Below, in pieces: positions 29,343-38,094 of a DNA stretch of 64,000 nucleotides (the stretch's first letter is position 1; every line of letters begins with the position of its first letter). The position numbers were made by a program, and so were the translations under genes. The stretch is from IMG/VR virus record IMGVR_UViG_3300005264_000002, positions 12,087 to 76,086 of that record. One strand, written 5' to 3'. The DNA is from a virus. The notes under the pieces were generated by a model. It saw nothing but the letters and a program-made list of their open reading frames with translations, made no database searches and was not told where the DNA came from.

Positions 29343-32300
29343 GCTGTAATCAAAATGGAACTTTCAGATATTTTTATACAGGGAATCAAGTTGGGAATCT
29401 CAATTTTGTAGGAGATTTTAATTTTGTTGCTGGTGGGATTTTAGGCTCAAATATTTCTGCTGGTGTTATTGCTCCCGTTTTCTTCCCCGGTCGTCCATCA
29501 AGATTCCCTTGGAAAGAGTCCAATGCTACTTTAAGTCAAGAATTATTAGATGCTTGCCATTATTTTATCGATTTACAATGGATAGCGGATATTCATTTAA
29601 CTGATGATGTTATCTTAAGAGCATCAAATAGGAATATCTATGTCGAAGATATTGATGGATTGCCCAGATTTTATGAAGCAAGAGCATCTAGGGCACCAAA
29701 ATTAAATGTTACTTCTGGAGAATGGCTTAATCCTAATTTTGAAATAGGGGATATGAAGATCACTCTGAACAATAGGGATGGATTTTTCAACCAATATATG
29801 CCCCAAGGTGAAAATTATGTCCAATGGATAGGGGCAAGAGTCGTTATTAAGATAGGATTTGGAGAAAAGCTATCTAATTACCATGATGTTTTTGAAGGAT
29901 TCATTCCAGAAAAAAAGGGACTCGTAACATCAGATCAAGATATAACTGTTAGAGCATATGATAGATTTGATAGGGATGAGATTCCTATTCCTGCAAGAAA
30001 TTATGATGAGACTAATTATCCTTTTATCCAGCAAGATTTTAAGGGAAAGAAAATCCCTCTTGTTTATGGAGATTGGTCAACAGATGTAAATGATACAGGA
30101 GAAATTCCTGCTGCATGTACAAATGCAATTGATCCTGATGCTTTAGTTTATAATTTTAAAATTTCTGATACTTCTCTGAGGGAAATTGGGGATGTTTATT
30201 TAAACAGAGGGAATAGGAAAGCTGGAGATGAAGGCCCAATTAAATTCATTGAACCAGCAGTTTTTAAAGATGCTCCTAATGGAGAGTTTGAAATTGATTC
30301 AAGGATTCCTTCATTAAGCGAAAACTATACAATTCTAAAAGACAAAAAAGCTGGAACAGGATCTGGATTAAATCTAATTATCTCTGAAACTTCTGAACTT
30401 AATTTTATTGAAGCAGGAGTTAGTGTTGGTGATTTGGTTTATAAGGATGCTGATAATATCCCTGCTATTGTTGATGATGTTCAAACAGGACAATTAACTC
30501 TTACTGGAGGTAAAACTTTTAATCCAGAAGATAATTTTAATATCCTTACAGACAAATACAAATATAAGAAAGGAGATAAAATTGTTGTTCTTTGTAAAGG
30601 GAAAGATATTAGAACCATCTCAACTTTCAGGATTTCAGACTCAGGATTAACATCTTCTACTCCAAGGGCCTTGACTGTAACTTTAAGAAATAGTTTTTGG
30701 ACAGCAGATAACACTCTCCAAAAATTATATGAGATATCATTTGAGGGTAGAATCCTTAAAGAATATAATTTTACAGATATTTCTCCAGACATTACAGAAA
30801 TAACAGGATTATCAGAACAAACAGACAATACTCTTTATATTTTTGATCGTCCTTTATCAAAAATTTATCGCTTTTTATTAGAAGATGAAATAGTTGGACT
30901 TGAATTTGATACCAGTTTTGTTTCTGGCCTAGGAAGTCTTTTAGTAGATGGAAGAGATATCTCTATTGATGATGGTAATTTATTGACCGTTTATGATAAT
31001 GACAATGGGCAATTTTATAGAATCAATATCTTTTTTGGTGGTGGTCCAACTTTAGACGCAACATTTAATAAAAATGTATTTGAAGTAAATGCAACAGATA
31101 TTCTTGGAATATCAATAGACAATAATAATAATGAAATGGTTGTTGTTGATAGGAGCACTTTAAAATTTTATCGAGTAGATCCTGCAATTGGAACTTTTAT
31201 TTCTTCTGTTGATCTAAGTAATATTGCAACAACATTAGATTATCCTGTTGGGATATCTTCTTTCCAAGATGGGACAATTTTTGTTTTAAATAGATCAGAT
31301 CGAAGTGTTTATAATTATAATGAATTCTCTGATGCTAATGAAAATCCAGGCTTTATTTCCAGAGATCTATTACAAAATTATGCTGGGAGAACTTCTTTTG
31401 ATTTTGATTTAAGATGGAATGAGACTTCAAGAGAGAGCTTAACATATTTTTCCAGAGTTTATATTGATTCTAAAGTTAATGTAGTAAGTTATCTAAATAA
31501 ATTTCTTCAAGAATACAATGCAATGGTTCATAATAGATTTCAAAAGTATTCTCTTTTCCATATCGAATTTAATAATTTTAAAACTGATGGGAAAGCAATA
31601 AAAGAAAAGGATATTAAATTAGGAAGCTTTAAGCCATCAAAAGAATTTAATCAATACTTTAATTCCTGTATCTCTGAATATTCAGAGTTTCCATACTCTT
31701 CTAGTAAATTAGAGAGTGACACTTACATCTCTCCATTAGGAATTCAATTAGCAGGGAAAGAGGTATCTAAAATATTAAAGTTTCCATCAGTATATAGGAG
31801 AGAAGATCTTGATAAATTGATTCCTCTCTTTGTTCGTTTGGCCGCTGCAGAACCAGAATTCATAGAATTAACTGTAGGATTTAGATTCTTATTCGCTCAG
31901 TTAGCAACTTTTTATAATATAAATTATCATGATTTTGATTGTCAGCTTGGAAAAACAGTTAGTGGAAGAAGGTTCGATAATATCCCTGCCTTTGTCAGAA
32001 AAGCAACTTTTGATCTTGATACTTTAGCTGTTGGATTAAAGTTGTGGTCATTAGGAACAACTACTTTTGGAGACTTTACACCGGAAGGAGTTACAGCAGG
32101 AGGCCAATTTGATGATATTGTTTTAACCAATCTAGGTACTCCAGGATATATTTCACCAGTTGGAGAAATTACAGGAGATGGAGCGAATTTTGTAAACCTG
32201 GCCGATGTTGATGGTGATGATGCTGAAAGTAGGCAAAATGTTGTAACAGGATTGGCATGGCCAGCAACGGCCATTATTGACATTATCGATAATTCTACTC

Positions 32301-32617
32301 AATTAGTTGTTGAAACTAAAACAATTGAATCTGTATCAGGTAGTTCAGTTTTTTTTACGGAGCCGATAGTAACGGCCATTGTCCTTCCTTCTAAAAATGC
32401 AGCAGGATTTTATAATACTGGTCATACAATAAAATATTCAACATTTGACAAGGTGAATAGTGATCAGCAGACAAAACATGTTTATTTTTGTTCACCAGAT
32501 GAAGGATATCCATCTACAACAACAGAAGAAATTGAAGAGCAAAGAGCAGGAAAGCATGATTTTTCTAATGGAAGAGTCCCCTATTTGCTTCACCCTGTTG
32601 ATTTTGTTCAGAACTAA
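29339..32617 (+). CDS. Central tail-tip/hub protein with inserted beta-propeller
   Basis: ITLNNRDGFF and GKKIPLVYG tail-tip motifs; five propeller-blade-like repeats at ~30660-31330. Confidence 0.7.
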   Translation: MSCNQNGTFRYFYTGNQVGNLNFVGDFNFVAGGILGSNISAGVIAPVFFPGRPSRFPWKESNATLSQELLDACHYFIDLQWIADIHLTDDVILRASNRNIYVEDIDGLPRFYEARASRAPKLNVTSGEWLNPNFEIGDMKITLNNRDGFFNQYMPQGENYVQWIGARVVIKIGFGEKLSNYHDVFEGFIPEKKGLVTSDQDITVRAYDRFDRDEIPIPARNYDETNYPFIQQDFKGKKIPLVYGDWSTDVNDTGEIPAACTNAIDPDALVYNFKISDTSLREIGDVYLNRGNRKAGDEGPIKFIEPAVFKDAPNGEFEIDSRIPSLSENYTILKDKKAGTGSGLNLIISETSELNFIEAGVSVGDLVYKDADNIPAIVDDVQTGQLTLTGGKTFNPEDNFNILTDKYKYKKGDKIVVLCKGKDIRTISTFRISDSGLTSSTPRALTVTLRNSFWTADNTLQKLYEISFEGRILKEYNFTDISPDITEITGLSEQTDNTLYIFDRPLSKIYRFLLEDEIVGLEFDTSFVSGLGSLLVDGRDISIDDGNLLTVYDNDNGQFYRINIFFGGGPTLDATFNKNVFEVNATDILGISIDNNNNEMVVVDRSTLKFYRVDPAIGTFISSVDLSNIATTLDYPVGISSFQDGTIFVLNRSDRSVYNYNEFSDANENPGFISRDLLQNYAGRTSFDFDLRWNETSRESLTYFSRVYIDSKVNVVSYLNKFLQEYNAMVHNRFQKYSLFHIEFNNFKTDGKAIKEKDIKLGSFKPSKEFNQYFNSCISEYSEFPYSSSKLESDTYISPLGIQLAGKEVSKILKFPSVYRREDLDKLIPLFVRLAAAEPEFIELTVGFRFLFAQLATFYNINYHDFDCQLGKTVSGRRFDNIPAFVRKATFDLDTLAVGLKLWSLGTTTFGDFTPEGVTAGGQFDDIVLTNLGTPGYISPVGEITGDGANFVNLADVDGDDAESRQNVVTGLAWPATAIIDIIDNSTQLVVETKTIESVSGSSVFFTEPIVTAIVLPSKNAAGFYNTGHTIKYSTFDKVNSDQQTKHVYFCSPDEGYPSTTTEEIEEQRAGKHDFSNGRVPYLLHPVDFVQN

Positions 32618-32632
32618 AACGGATAATAACTT

Positions 32633-33736
32633 ATGACAATATCAACTCCAGTTTTAAAGCCTAATATTATCCAAAAAATTGAATCAGATTTTGGATCAAC
32701 AATTTCTGCTTTTATTTGGAAAAAAGTTTTACAACATCAAATGTGGACCAATAGGTCCATTCCTGTTGGATCAATATTATCATTTTTTGGATCTCAATTA
32801 CTTGCTAGGACTGGCCCATTTGATGAATTAATCCCTCAACCAGATTCATCATTTTGGCAATGGTGTGATGGGGCGGCCATTATCAATCCAAATTCTCCTT
32901 TATTGGGGCAAAATACACCAGATTTTAAAGAAAAATTTCTTAAAGGATATGGAACGTTAGGAATCCTTGGGGGTCAATCTACAATCAATTTGCAGCATAA
33001 TCATAGTGGAATTACTCAACTTGAAACAGATAGATCTAATGAAGAAAATGTTGATGATGGAGGTGATCATACAAGTGGGAGTCATCATACACATCCTATT
33101 AGTAATAATTGGTCAACGTCAGAATCAATCATTCCTCCATATACAGAAATCCAATATTATATAAGAATTGATGGAGGTCCAGGAAGTTCAACTCCATCTT
33201 TAGATGATACTATTCCAACAACTTTTGGAAGTCTTATTAATGATCAAATCACTGAATATGCAAAAATTCTTTCTCAAGAGCTTGCGACAACAATTCATTA
33301 TAATTCTTTACTCTTAAACACAATAATCCCAATTGGTTCAGTAATCCCAATTATGACAAACATTCCTGGTGTTCCTGCACCAGATCTTAATATTTTTCAA
33401 GAATGTGATGGATCAGAAATTACTAATGAAAACTCTCCATTAAGATCTATTGGAGGAGAAAATAGATATGTTCCTAATTTAATTGAACATTATCTTAGAG
33501 TACCTTCTACTTTTGGATTATCAGGACAGAATGGAGGAGTAAATGATTCGACTCTTTTTGCTCATAATCATGGGGGAGTTACAGGATATCAAGAAAATGA
33601 TGAAGATGGAGATCCTTCAGGGGATGAATTTATGGCCGCAAGAAGACATAGGCATGGTATCAATTCAGATTTAGTTAATCCATTAAATGTTGAGCCTCCA
33701 TATTTTACAGTAAGATTTTTTATGAGGATTCAATAA
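32633..33736 (+). CDS. Protein with two tandem tail-collar domains and HxH motifs
   Basis: IP.GS...CDG...P......FL.G...HNH...HxH...PPY occurs twice. Confidence 0.8.
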   Translation: MTISTPVLKPNIIQKIESDFGSTISAFIWKKVLQHQMWTNRSIPVGSILSFFGSQLLARTGPFDELIPQPDSSFWQWCDGAAIINPNSPLLGQNTPDFKEKFLKGYGTLGILGGQSTINLQHNHSGITQLETDRSNEENVDDGGDHTSGSHHTHPISNNWSTSESIIPPYTEIQYYIRIDGGPGSSTPSLDDTIPTTFGSLINDQITEYAKILSQELATTIHYNSLLLNTIIPIGSVIPIMTNIPGVPAPDLNIFQECDGSEITNENSPLRSIGGENRYVPNLIEHYLRVPSTFGLSGQNGGVNDSTLFAHNHGGVTGYQENDEDGDPSGDEFMAARRHRHGINSDLVNPLNVEPPYFTVRFFMRIQ

Positions 33737-34272
33737 TGAGCAATATTATTATTCCCCCAATTTTTACAGAATATCATGAAGAAGAATTAGATCTTTTATC
33801 TCCTGGGAATGAAGAATTGATTCGGAAAATTGCAATCAATAATAATTTCTTAATGAATTTATTACCATTAGGATCAATCCTTTGGATTGATATTAATAAA
33901 CCAGGAGGAATTGGTATTCCAAATACTAATGTATTTCAAGAATGTGATGGATCTGAAATCACTAATCCCAATTCTCCACTAAGAACTATTGGAATATTTC
34001 CAAGATTTACTCCAGATCTCAAAAATAAATACCCAAGAGGGGCCAATAGTATTGATGCAAATAGTTCAGGTGGAACTCATAATCATAATCTAACTCATAA
34101 TCATGGAGGATATACTGGTGGAGGCGGTGGCGGTGGAGCTGGCATTGAGAAAAAGGGCGATAGAAGATATGCTGTATTTCATGAACATACCATTTCTGGC
34201 CAATATGCTAATCCTACCTTTATCGAGGCACCTAAATTTGTTTATTTTATAGCTTACATAAAAATTATATGA
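33736..34272 (+). CDS. Single tail-collar-domain protein with HxH motifs
   Basis: LPLGSI..FQECDGSEITNPNSPL..PDLKNKYPRG..HNH..HEH. Confidence 0.8.
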   Translation: MSNIIIPPIFTEYHEEELDLLSPGNEELIRKIAINNNFLMNLLPLGSILWIDINKPGGIGIPNTNVFQECDGSEITNPNSPLRTIGIFPRFTPDLKNKYPRGANSIDANSSGGTHNHNLTHNHGGYTGGGGGGGAGIEKKGDRRYAVFHEHTISGQYANPTFIEAPKFVYFIAYIKII

Positions 34273-34273
34273 G

Positions 34274-34654
34274 GTGAATATGTCTAAGACAGAAACAGAG
34301 AAACCAGTAAAAACTCCTAAAAAAATAATGAATAGTGAAGTCAGTATAACTCATGCGATTATCTTGTCTCATGATCCATATTATATTATGGCCCACAATG
34401 AAGAATCGGCGATAGAAGTTTCTGAAAAGTATGGTAGTTCTTGTATTGGAATTATCGTTGCTCCAAAAGGCTTATCAATGAAATCTATTCAAAAGAAAAC
34501 GATATTAGCAGATATAGAGATTAAAGCACTTCCTCTTTATTCTGTCTCTGATGATGGAATGACTGTTGAAGAAGTCATTGGCTCAGAAGATGAAGTAGAT
34601 TTTGATGAAGAAGAATTAGACATTTTAAATATCAACAAACCACTTGGAGAGTAA
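34274..34654 (+). CDS. Hypothetical protein
   Basis: ORF with GAGGTG SD (likely start ATG 34280). Confidence 0.6.
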   Translation: MNMSKTETEKPVKTPKKIMNSEVSITHAIILSHDPYYIMAHNEESAIEVSEKYGSSCIGIIVAPKGLSMKSIQKKTILADIEIKALPLYSVSDDGMTVEEVIGSEDEVDFDEEELDILNINKPLGE

Positions 34655-34655
34655 A

Positions 34656-34817
34656 ATGAGCAACATTAAATTATATGAATTCTTTTTTAAACGACATTTA
34701 AAAGTAAAAGAAAAATATGAAAGAATGATATCAAATGATCATCCTGATTCATTCTTAACAAAAAAAACTATGGAATTAAATGAAAGATTGATGCTTTTAT
34801 TTAAACCTACACTTTAG
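34656..34817 (+). CDS. Small hypothetical protein (53 aa, below track cutoff)
   Basis: GGAG SD; MSNIKLYEFFFKRH...KPTL*; fills the gap up to the convergent helicase. Confidence 0.5.
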   Translation: MSNIKLYEFFFKRHLKVKEKYERMISNDHPDSFLTKKTMELNERLMLLFKPTL

Positions 34818-36252
34818 AAATCTTTACTCCAAACTCTTTTTGATAAATTCTCTTTCTTGCATTAGAATGTTTTTTTGTTGTCTTATGTCCATCATCAAAT
34901 GCATCAACAACAAATCCAACTTCTTGATGGAATCTTTGAGGTTTTCTGACTACTCTTCCAGTATTTTGCATAACCCTAGTTTTAGATTTCTCTCCAGAAC
35001 CCAGGACAATTGCTCCAGCTTCTTTAGTATCTATCCCCTCACCAATAACAGAAGTCCCAATTAAATTTGGAATCTCTCCTCTGTTAAAAGCTTCTACTGT
35101 TTCAAAATTATGTTTTTGTCCAAGTTCACCATGAATAAAAGTAGAGCCTGGGATAATATCATTAAAAATATGTCCATGCTCTATGTTCTTAACTAAGACT
35201 AAAGTTGGGATTTTTTGTTTATGAGACATTAAAATGGCAGATTTTCCAAGTTTTTCATTTCTTTCATCATGATGGACAATCCAATTAGGATAAATATCTT
35301 TAGTATAATCTAATCCTTTTTTATATTCATCCCATGGATCATTATCTTCAGGCTCACCCCATGGGACATCCCCATGCTGATATTCTTTAGGGACAGGAAT
35401 GTCTCCAATATTATGAAAAATAGGTTGAATAGGTAAAATATATCCCTTTTTTATTGCATCAACTACAGAAAGAGAATAAGTTTGATTGGCCATGATGCAA
35501 TCTAATAAAATCTGTTCATTTTTTGAATTTCTAAAGTTAGTGGCCGTTTGAGCAAATTTATAATATATATCCCCAAAAAGCTTTTTATCAATCATTCTTG
35601 CAGTTTCACAAGCTTCATGATGCCATTCATCAAAATAAACACAATCAAAAAAAGAAAACATTTCTGGTGAACAATTTTCTAATGCATCTAAATTTGCAAT
35701 AGAAACAGGCTTATTATTCCCTAATTTATCAAATATCCCTACATTATCTTCTCCAAAACATGCACATAAATACAAATATATTTGTAATTTAAGAGTTAAA
35801 GATGGAACAACAACCAAAGTATTAACCCCTAATTGTTGGATAGTATCTTTCATTGATCTTGTCTTCCCAACTCCTGTCGGCAACACAATTATTCCTCTTC
35901 CAGCAGGGGAGTTTAATAGAGATTTTGTTGCTAATATTTGATCATCATAAGCAACTGGTTCACTTATTAACTGAGATAATTTTAAATATCCTAGATCTGG
36001 AATTATTCTTGGATCAATAATATTAACTGGAACACCATGAGTTTGACATGAAATAAAGACTCTTTTGGCCAAACCTGTTGAGAAACTGCCATCAGACTCT
36101 ATAAGTGAAGTCCTGGCATAATCCCAATTTTTTGATCTAAAATATTTTTGCATATCATAAAATGAAACATCTTTCCTTATTTTCTGAAAAACAAAATGTG
36201 GAATATTCTGAAGATATGATACTGAGTTTCCGATTATAATTTTAGAATTCAT
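34807..36252 (-). CDS. SF2 DNA helicase (UvsW/XPB-like)
   Basis: LPTGVGKT, DEWHH, TAT, GEGID, QNTGRVVR motifs. Confidence 0.9.
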   Translation of the reverse strand: MNSKIIIGNSVSYLQNIPHFVFQKIRKDVSFYDMQKYFRSKNWDYARTSLIESDGSFSTGLAKRVFISCQTHGVPVNIIDPRIIPDLGYLKLSQLISEPVAYDDQILATKSLLNSPAGRGIIVLPTGVGKTRSMKDTIQQLGVNTLVVVPSLTLKLQIYLYLCACFGEDNVGIFDKLGNNKPVSIANLDALENCSPEMFSFFDCVYFDEWHHEACETARMIDKKLFGDIYYKFAQTATNFRNSKNEQILLDCIMANQTYSLSVVDAIKKGYILPIQPIFHNIGDIPVPKEYQHGDVPWGEPEDNDPWDEYKKGLDYTKDIYPNWIVHHDERNEKLGKSAILMSHKQKIPTLVLVKNIEHGHIFNDIIPGSTFIHGELGQKHNFETVEAFNRGEIPNLIGTSVIGEGIDTKEAGAIVLGSGEKSKTRVMQNTGRVVRKPQRFHQEVGFVVDAFDDGHKTTKKHSNARKRIYQKEFGVKISKV

Positions 36253-36257
36253 AAGAC

Positions 36258-36290
36258 ATTATACGTTTCTGAAAGAAGAATATCTTTTTT
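36258..36290 (-). promoter_or_regulatory. Phage promoter class AAGATA-N17-TATAAT (helicase; leaderless)
   Basis: Minus strand reads AAAAAAGATA-N15-CGTATAAT-N5-ATG. Confidence 0.75.
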
Positions 36291-36339
36291 TATTTTTAGG
36301 CTATGCGTTAAGAAGATTTTGGGTATAGTATGGCCTTTT

Positions 36340-36560
36340 TGGTAGGAGTTGAGCGAAGCGAACGACAAATACTATTAATATTTATTCAAATTTATATAAT
36401 AATTAATGAAAATCCGAGCGGTAACACCCGAGAGATTTTCGGTCTAACCCTAGGGGATATTTGGGTTAGCCTAACTCGCTTAACGCCCCTGATTGGGGCT
36501 ACTCGTTATCACGTAGTGGAGTTGAGGGAGGTAACGACCGAACGACTAAGACTATTAAAA
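36340..36560. other. Candidate replication origin / structured nucleic-acid element
   Basis: CpG-rich intergenic island between divergent helicase genes, with repeated G.A hairpins, an AT-rich tract and several inverted repeats. Confidence 0.55.
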
Positions 36561-36567
36561 GAATCCG

Positions 36568-36595
36568 ATTATATCGAGCGGCCGCGATTTGTCAA
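36568..36595 (-). promoter_or_regulatory. Consensus sigma70/sigmaA promoter TTGACA-N16-TATAAT
   Basis: Plus strand has ATTATA at 36568-36573 and TGTCAA at 36590-36595; A/T tract upstream. Confidence 0.7.
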
Positions 36596-36625
36596 GTTTA
36601 CCGCCGAGAAAATTAAAATAATAAA

Positions 36626-36659
36626 AAAAAAGATATTTCCTCCAGATTACACGTATAAG
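36626..36659 (+). promoter_or_regulatory. Phage promoter class AAGATA/CGTATAA (dnaB operon)
   Basis: AAAAAAGATA-N16-CGTATAAG variant. Confidence 0.65.
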
Positions 36660-36687
36660 ATATCAAAACAACCAAGGAAGCATAAAA

Positions 36688-38094
36688 ATGGAATTAAGAT
36701 TTAATTTTGATGATAATTTTCAGCAAGGGATTCTCCAGTTAATAATTCAAGATCCTCATTTTTGTCAAAAGGCATTAATGTATGTTCGTCCAGAATATTT
36801 TAAAAACTCTTATTATGGATATTTTTTTAAAACCTTTAAATTTCTTTCAGAAAAATATGACCGGATAGATGATCTTCATATTCAGAATGAGCTCTTAAAA
36901 TTTGATGAAGAAGATCAAGAAAAATATAACAGGATATATGCTGATATAAAAAATCTTAATGGTGTTCCTAGAGATTTTCAATATATTAGGAATAACCTTA
37001 AAAAGTTTATTCAAAAAGCAACTACTTGGCATATTAACCAAAAATTAGTCAAGGCCCAACATAAAGATCCTGATGAATTATTCAAAATGATCCAAAAAGA
37101 TATCACAGCATCAGCTATGGTAAATTTTGAAGAAGATGATTCAATGAGTTTCAACGATTTAAGAAAGGTCATGAAAGAATCAGCGGAATCAGTTGGGGTA
37201 TTATTGCCACTAGGGATTCCTATTATTGATGCTGCACTAGGAGGAGGAGTTGAAAGGGAAACTTTGACTCTTGCTTTAGGTGGAACGAATGTTGGGAAGT
37301 CAATTTTTCTTATTAATGTTTGTTATCATTGGTTAACTCAAGGATTTAAAGTCCTATATCTTAATCTTGAGGGGAGAAAAATACAGCCTCTATTAAGACT
37401 TGGGGCCAGGGCGTTACATGTTCCTTATGGAAGAGTCAGGAATCATGATCTTACAGATGAGGAATGGGAGCGTTTTAATAATTTTAAAAAACAATATGGT
37501 GAAAATTTAAGAATTAAACATGTCGCAGAGTTTGGATATACTGTTGAAGAATTTACTGCATATTGTAAAGATTTATATAAAGAATTTCCTTTTGACGGAA
37601 TTGTTGTCGATTATGGCCAGCTACTTCAAACAAAAGAAAAGTTTAGGGATCTAAGACATAGACAAGCTCACGTTCATCAATGCCTTGATGGACTTGCTGG
37701 GATGTTCAAAGCAGCATGTTTAACCGTTGCCCAAGGAAACAGAGAGGCCCAAGGTAAAAATGATCAAGGTTTTAGATTACTTAAGAAAGAAGACATTTCT
37801 GAATGCTTTGAGATCACTCGTAAGGCTGCAACAATCTTTACTCTTAATCGTTCAGAGCAAGATGAACAAGCAGAAAGAGTTAGAATCTTATTAGATAAAC
37901 AAAGGGATGGAGAGAAAGGCGTTATTGCTAACTGCAAAACAAACATGGCCTACATTGCTTATTATGGATCTGAAGAAGAAGGATTAGGATTTTTATCTCA
38001 TGAGGAATATGAAAGCAATCAAACGAATATTCCTGCTTATATTCCTGAAGAATCGAATCCAACATCTACTCCAGAGATAACTAATGGTAATTGA
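36688..38094 (+). CDS. dnaB: Replicative SF4 (DnaB-like) helicase
   Basis: GGTNVGKS, YLNLE, IVVDY, TVAQGNR, LDKQRDG motifs. Confidence 0.92.
   Translation: MELRFNFDDNFQQGILQLIIQDPHFCQKALMYVRPEYFKNSYYGYFFKTFKFLSEKYDRIDDLHIQNELLKFDEEDQEKYNRIYADIKNLNGVPRDFQYIRNNLKKFIQKATTWHINQKLVKAQHKDPDELFKMIQKDITASAMVNFEEDDSMSFNDLRKVMKESAESVGVLLPLGIPIIDAALGGGVERETLTLALGGTNVGKSIFLINVCYHWLTQGFKVLYLNLEGRKIQPLLRLGARALHVPYGRVRNHDLTDEEWERFNNFKKQYGENLRIKHVAEFGYTVEEFTAYCKDLYKEFPFDGIVVDYGQLLQTKEKFRDLRHRQAHVHQCLDGLAGMFKAACLTVAQGNREAQGKNDQGFRLLKKEDISECFEITRKAATIFTLNRSEQDEQAERVRILLDKQRDGEKGVIANCKTNMAYIAYYGSEEEGLGFLSHEEYESNQTNIPAYIPEESNPTSTPEITNGN

Noticed and set aside
36330-36704. 124-aa ORF across the helicase-dnaB gap
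   Set aside because: Atypical CpG-rich codons and no clear SD; spans two promoters and the hairpin array; better explained as non-coding, though not formally excluded
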